Shown piece by piece: positions 59,624-64,000 of a stretch of DNA of 64,000 bases. A program made the translations under genes and the position numbers. How positions within the stretch are numbered: the first letter of the stretch is position 1; the number at the start of each line of letters is the position of its first letter. This DNA comes from Nanobdellota archaeon (lineage in GTDB: Archaea; Nanobdellota; Nanobdellia; Pacearchaeales; GW2011-AR1): assembly GCA_030648155.1 (NCBI GenBank), contig JAUSIK010000013.1:65924-129923 (forward strand), written 5' to 3'. The notes beneath the pieces are model-generated. The model saw only the letters and a program-made list of their open reading frames with translations, was not told where the DNA came from and searched no databases.

Positions 59624-60061
59624 ATGGCAACAATCAATCCTTACATTAACTTCAACGGAAATGCCGAAGAAGCATTTACATTTTACAAATCAGTATTTGG
59701 CGGAGAGTTCGCAAAAATTACACGTTTCAAAGACCTATCAAGCCCTGAATTCCCCGTAGCAGAAAAAGAAGCAAATAAAATAATGCACATTGCTTTGCCT
59801 ATCGGTAAGAACATTTTAATGGCCAATGACGTTCCAGAAAGTATGGGACAAGTAAGCGAAAACGAAAACAGAAGTAAAATATCAATTAGTGCAGAAAGTA
59901 AAGAAGAAGCAGATAAATTATTCAACGGACTTTCGGCAGGAGGACAAATTGAATGTCAAATTGGAGACAGTCCTTGGGGTTCCTATTTTGGAATGTTTAG
60001 AGACAAATACGGTATTGAGTGGACAGTGGACTTTGATCTAAAATATAAGGGGCAAAAGTAA
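59624..60061 (+). CDS. VOC/PhnB-family protein
   Basis: INPYINFNGNAEEAF, IMH, WGSYFGMFRDKYGIEW. Confidence 0.9.
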   Translation: MATINPYINFNGNAEEAFTFYKSVFGGEFAKITRFKDLSSPEFPVAEKEANKIMHIALPIGKNILMANDVPESMGQVSENENRSKISISAESKEEADKLFNGLSAGGQIECQIGDSPWGSYFGMFRDKYGIEWTVDFDLKYKGQK

Positions 60062-60082
60062 CCGAAGAAAAAATTGAAGGGT

Positions 60083-60208
60083 TCAAGAGTTAAGTGAAGA
60101 TTTTCTAATCAAATCCAACCATCTATTCTTTCCTAATTTTAAATTAACTCCTGCTCTGTTGTATGGGCTTCATCTATTGTTATATGTGCTTTTATGAAAT
60201 TATATTTT
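60083..60208 (-). pseudogene. Frameshifted C-terminal remnant of an archaeal DDE (IS6-like) transposase
   Basis: YNFIKAH / PYNRAGVNLKLGKNRWLDLI in two frames, resembling YNFxRxH...AGI.L..G.NxW..LI. Confidence 0.45.
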
Positions 60209-60241
60209 AGGCAAGGTTAAAGATTTAATAATTTGAAAAAA

Positions 60242-60499
60242 TTACTTCTTTTTCAAATCTACAGAGATTTTATCGAGGTCTTTCTTAATTGCAGAAACTG
60301 CATCAGAAACTGCCTTCTTTACTGTTTTTCCTGAAGATTGAATTTTCATTAATAAGGGTTTTGTAGGGTGCTCTTTTCTCCATGCAGCGAAATCTATATC
60401 ATCGGCATTTAAATATACCCTTATTATTTCGGCAAGTGTACTATTATCTATATTTAATTCAATTTCGTTTTTATCCTGTTTAGTGATTTCAATATTCAT
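60242..60499 (-). CDS. rpoL: RNA polymerase subunit L (Rpo11)
   Basis: TLAEIIRVYL, FAAWRKEHP. Confidence 0.8.
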   Translation of the reverse strand: MNIEITKQDKNEIELNIDNSTLAEIIRVYLNADDIDFAAWRKEHPTKPLLMKIQSSGKTVKKAVSDAVSAIKKDLDKISVDLKKK

Positions 60500-60521
60500 A
60501 TAAAGAATGGTTTTTTATGGT

Positions 60522-60818
60522 TTAAAAGCCTTTCGGATTGTCCTTTAATACATCTTCTATATGTTGTTTTAATTGGCTTCTAAATAATGTTTCTTCTTGA
60601 GAAAGAGGAGCCTGATAGAATTCTTGAAGTATATCTTTAGTTTTTTCCGTAATTTCACCTTGTTGATAGGAGTTGCCTTCATATGTAATTACAAACTTTA
60701 TTCCTCCTTCTTTGTGGCCACTTCCCCCTATGGCTCCAGGCATATATCCATGCGAGCCTCGAAAATCTCTAATTTTGATATTTAAAGATTCATCTAGGGA
60801 TACTAAATTATATCCCAA
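60522..60818 (-). CDS. Hypothetical protein
   Basis: 98-aa ORF, start uncertain. Confidence 0.4.
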   Translation of the reverse strand: MGYNLVSLDESLNIKIRDFRGSHGYMPGAIGGSGHKEGGIKFVITYEGNSYQQGEITEKTKDILQEFYQAPLSQEETLFRSQLKQHIEDVLKDNPKGF

Positions 60819-60868
60819 AATAGGATGCTTTTTTTGGTCAAGAATTGCAGAAAAAGGAATGAGAGATT

Positions 60869-61060
60869 TTATTTCATTAATTTTTTTAAATGACTTATCA
60901 CTATCTTATTTTTTTCTAAATTTTCAATTAATTCTTCTATATTTTTATTAGTAAATGATGGTGGATTAATTGACTCTCCACCTGAAACATATTCTGATAT
61001 TCCGATTGCAAAGGTAGTTTTGATTGTTGTTTTTACTTTATTCCTGTTAAATATGTTCAT
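60869..61060 (-). CDS. Hypothetical protein
   Basis: 63-aa ORF with TATA-like box. Confidence 0.35.
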   Translation of the reverse strand: MNIFNRNKVKTTIKTTFAIGISEYVSGGESINPPSFTNKNIEELIENLEKNKIVISHLKKLMK

Positions 61061-61094
61061 AGTTAAGATGAGTATTCTTAGTATAAAAATATTG

Positions 61095-61646
61095 TTAATC
61101 TATAATTTCTATATCTTCACCTGAAAAGGGCTTTTTGGATTCGGGTTTTTTATTATCTGCTTTGTCTTCTTCGGATGGCTTTGTTTCTATTAATGAGCGG
61201 GGGGATTGAGTAAAATCTTGCTTGTCTTTTCTTAAATTAATATTAAAGAATTTTTGGAGTTTATTTACAATTACGAAATCATTTTTTGGAAGGAGCCCAT
61301 TTTCAACTAACTTAAGGTTATTTTCTGATTCTCCTATTGAAAGAGCTACTTGCCTTCTTGTTAGGCCAAGTTCCTTCCTTTTTCTAGTGACTTGCCATTG
61401 AAAATTTTCTATTAGTTCGGCTATAACTTGATTTTTTTTCCACTGCAAGGGTTTTCTTAAATCTTCAAAATAGATTCTTTCCTCTTGGTTTTCATCGTCT
61501 TTCTTTTTATTTGGCCTTTTAATTATTGGCCTTCTTATTATTGCCAGCCCCTCTGATTTAGCATAAGATTCTTTTACACGCACTATTTTTCCTTCTTCAA
61601 TTACATCAACTAAATCGGTAGGTATATCGGTGTACCAGGGTTCCAT
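61095..61646 (-). CDS. aMBF1-like XRE-HTH protein
   Basis: ELIENF...RKELGLTRRQVA...VENG..P...KLQKFFNINL. Confidence 0.7.
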   Translation of the reverse strand: MEPWYTDIPTDLVDVIEEGKIVRVKESYAKSEGLAIIRRPIIKRPNKKKDDENQEERIYFEDLRKPLQWKKNQVIAELIENFQWQVTRKRKELGLTRRQVALSIGESENNLKLVENGLLPKNDFVIVNKLQKFFNINLRKDKQDFTQSPRSLIETKPSEEDKADNKKPESKKPFSGEDIEIID

Positions 61647-61694
61647 ATTTTTTAATGTTAAGAAGGGTTTTTATTGATTGTTATTCTGGATAAT

Positions 61695-62369
61695 TTACTT
61701 TTTTAGATAGGATTCGATTTCTTCTACTGTATGGAATCCCTCAAGAATTACTTTTTCATTGATCATAACTGTTGGGAGAGTTGTCACATCATAGACTCTT
61801 CTTTGAAGATCGACCGCTTTTAACTTTAAATCTCCTGCAATAGGGAGAAGAATTACCTTATTTCCCTTGTTTTCTTTTACTGTTCTTAAAACATTAGATA
61901 AAACTTTTTGCTGTGCAACTAATGCTGAATTTTTTGGATCGCCAGAATAGAAATATACGATTGTATCAAACGGCTCACTGCATTTGTCTTTGAGCAGCAG
62001 TGAGTTTAACCAGAGTTCTGTTTTTAGTAAAACATATCTCTTTTTTTCTCTAAATAAATCATCAGATATTTGATTAGCTTCTTCATATTTTTCTAAAACT
62101 AGGCCTTGAGTGTAAATATCATCTGCAAAAATAAAGTTCTGCTCTATTGCTTCCTCGCAGGAACTTTTATCCATTATTTGAAAATAATAATTTTGCAGTT
62201 TAAGATCAAGCGCCTGAATTTCATAATCTTTATAGTAGTCTACTATTTTATTAGTTCTATATGCTTCAACAAATAATCCAAGTGAAAAACCGATAATTAG
62301 GATTAATACAGAAATAATTAGGGATTCTAGAAAAATTCTGAATTTTGATTTCATTATTTCGTATACCAT
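61695..62369 (-). CDS. Membrane-anchored protein with thioredoxin-like C-terminus
   Basis: N-terminal TM; YFYS...YDVTTLPTVMINE...GF; no CxxC. Confidence 0.6.
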   Translation of the reverse strand: MVYEIMKSKFRIFLESLIISVLILIIGFSLGLFVEAYRTNKIVDYYKDYEIQALDLKLQNYYFQIMDKSSCEEAIEQNFIFADDIYTQGLVLEKYEEANQISDDLFREKKRYVLLKTELWLNSLLLKDKCSEPFDTIVYFYSGDPKNSALVAQQKVLSNVLRTVKENKGNKVILLPIAGDLKLKAVDLQRRVYDVTTLPTVMINEKVILEGFHTVEEIESYLKK

Positions 62370-63577
62370 CTAATATCTCCTTTGGCAAGCTTATACAAGG
62401 CAATAATTAATGGGATAACATATAATGCCCTGTAGAAGAATGAGTAAGCTAAGATGTTTAAAACACTTTTGTTTCCTGTTTCAGAATTTTTGAAGCCAGT
62501 TTTATAATAGTAAACAGCAAGACCGAAGAATATAATTCCAAGGAATAAAAGAAGAGTGAATGACATTGAAAATTCAAGATATCTCAAGTAGTCATAGCCT
62601 ATAAAAGAATAATATAGTGCAATTACTTGATAAGAGCCTTTAATCCATAAATAACGCATCATTAGAAAGAATCCTATGAGTGCGAGCACAAATGATGCAG
62701 ATACATAGGGAATTACGAAGTATCCAAATGCTCCTTTTTTAAACATGGTTCTCCAATATTTATGAACGGTTTGAAGGCCTCCCAGATTCCATCTGACCCT
62801 TTGCTTGATCCAGACTTTTAGACTTTCAGGAACTGTTGTATATACAATAGCATTATAAGACATTCTTGTATTGTAACCTTCACTAAGAATATGCCATGTA
62901 ATTTCAATATCTTCTGTGAGGTTTTTTGGATCGAATCCGCCTAATTTTTTCACAACAGATTTTCTATAGATACTTAGAGGACCATTTGTTACATATACTG
63001 AATCTACAAAGTCTAGTAGTTTTCTTGTCCATGCTATTATCGAATAATCCATTACCTGAAATTTGCCAAGCCAGTTATTTTTGTTTTTAACTAGAACTCT
63101 TGAAGTTACCGCTGCCACATTTAAATCTTGAAAATGTCCAACCATATTAATTAGTGCGTCTTTCTTAGGGTAAGAATCTGCATCGACTACTGCGATTAAT
63201 TCTCCTTTTGCTATTTTTAGAGCTTCATTTAAGGAATTGGCTTTTCCTGAATTTTTTTTATCCAAGACTAGAATGTTAGAGTACTTTTTTTGCAGAGATT
63301 TTGCTATTTTAAGAGTATTATCTGTACTACCGTCATTAATAATTATAATTTCTTTTTTACTGGCAGGATATTCTATTTCAATTAGTGATTTAATTGTTTC
63401 TTCTAAAGAATCTTGTTCGTTGTAAGCAGGTACTAAAAAAGATATTGACGGATAATTTTTAATTTCTGGGCTTTTAAATAAATAAGAATAGTAACGATTG
63501 TGAAGCACCAGAAATATCATCAAGAAAAATATTCCGAAAAAAAACATTAATAAATAAACAATTGTAAAAATATCCAT
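62354..63577 (-). CDS. GT2 processive-type glycosyltransferase
   Basis: PAYNE, NDGS, GKA, DAD, TED, QRVRW. Confidence 0.92.
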   Translation of the reverse strand: MDIFTIVYLLMFFFGIFFLMIFLVLHNRYYSYLFKSPEIKNYPSISFLVPAYNEQDSLEETIKSLIEIEYPASKKEIIIINDGSTDNTLKIAKSLQKKYSNILVLDKKNSGKANSLNEALKIAKGELIAVVDADSYPKKDALINMVGHFQDLNVAAVTSRVLVKNKNNWLGKFQVMDYSIIAWTRKLLDFVDSVYVTNGPLSIYRKSVVKKLGGFDPKNLTEDIEITWHILSEGYNTRMSYNAIVYTTVPESLKVWIKQRVRWNLGGLQTVHKYWRTMFKKGAFGYFVIPYVSASFVLALIGFFLMMRYLWIKGSYQVIALYYSFIGYDYLRYLEFSMSFTLLLFLGIIFFGLAVYYYKTGFKNSETGNKSVLNILAYSFFYRALYVIPLIIALYKLAKGDIRWYTK

Positions 63578-63580
63578 TTT

Positions 63581-64000
63581 TTAGTTTTCCTGCTCATCTA
63601 ATTTTTCGCCTTTTGTAAGGTGAAAATAGTCATAGAATATATCGCTCAAAGTTAATTCAGCAGTATGGCCCATTTTCTTTTTTGATACTAGGCCTATTTC
63701 AACAAATTTTTTAATGTGTTCATAGGCCTTATTGCCTCTTATATTAATCAATACTGACTGCTTTAGAGGAGCTTTATATGCAATGATTGCCAGGGTTTCT
63801 TGCTCAGCCTTACTAAATTCAGAAGAGCCTGTGGCTAGTTTATTCACAAGATAAGTGTAATCTGGGGAAACATCCATTTTCCAGAGGTTTTCTTTATGCA
63901 CTATCTCAATTCCTGAATTTTTGTACTTATCCTGGAGATCTGAAAGAATTTTTTTTAAAAGAATTGGATTGACATCTGTAAGGGCTATTAGCTCTTGTAT
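63581..64000 (-). CDS. scpB: SMC-Scp complex subunit ScpB (5' end outside window)
   Basis: ETLAIIAYKAP...IRG; frame continues upstream of ORF-track start. Confidence 0.88.
   Translation of the reverse strand: MQELIALTDVNPILLKKILSDLQDKYKNSGIEIVHKENLWKMDVSPDYTYLVNKLATGSSEFSKAEQETLAIIAYKAPLKQSVLINIRGNKAYEHIKKFVEIGLVSKKKMGHTAELTLSDIFYDYFHLTKGEKLDEQEN

Overview
AT-rich, gene-dense chromosomal segment of an archaeon. TBP, TFB, aIF-2alpha, L44e/S3Ae/S8e/S27e/S15, GINS, RadB, Nre, SRP54/FtsY and Bud32 are present. Their divergence, plus KKGQ-type prepilin-like and giant Cys-rich surface proteins, suggests a DPANN Pacearchaeota/Woesearchaeota-like lineage (inference). Core genes alternate with accessory modules: HEPN/MNT, HicAB, VapBC, two AbrB-like-MNT pairs, an Eco47II-like restriction-modification island, GT-C glycosyltransferases including an ALG10-like enzyme, a SET protein and a PL14-like lyase. 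Five tRNAs were read by eye: Arg-GCG, Gln-TTG, Thr-TGT (with intron), Val-GAC and Leu-TAG. The most striking unexplained signal is at tRNA 3' ends. The same ~120-bp hairpin-rich non-coding element (80 bp identical) lies behind both tRNA-Thr and tRNA-Leu, each time flanked by a 20-23 bp duplication of that tRNA's own 3' end. Both tRNAs also have a divergent AbrB-like-nucleotidyltransferase/small-partner pair upstream. Behind tRNA-Gln, two single-gene cassettes each end in a related palindrome plus a copy of the tRNA 3' end. No CRISPR array, rRNA, integrase or intact transposase was seen. All family assignments are by visual motif recognition; no searches were run.
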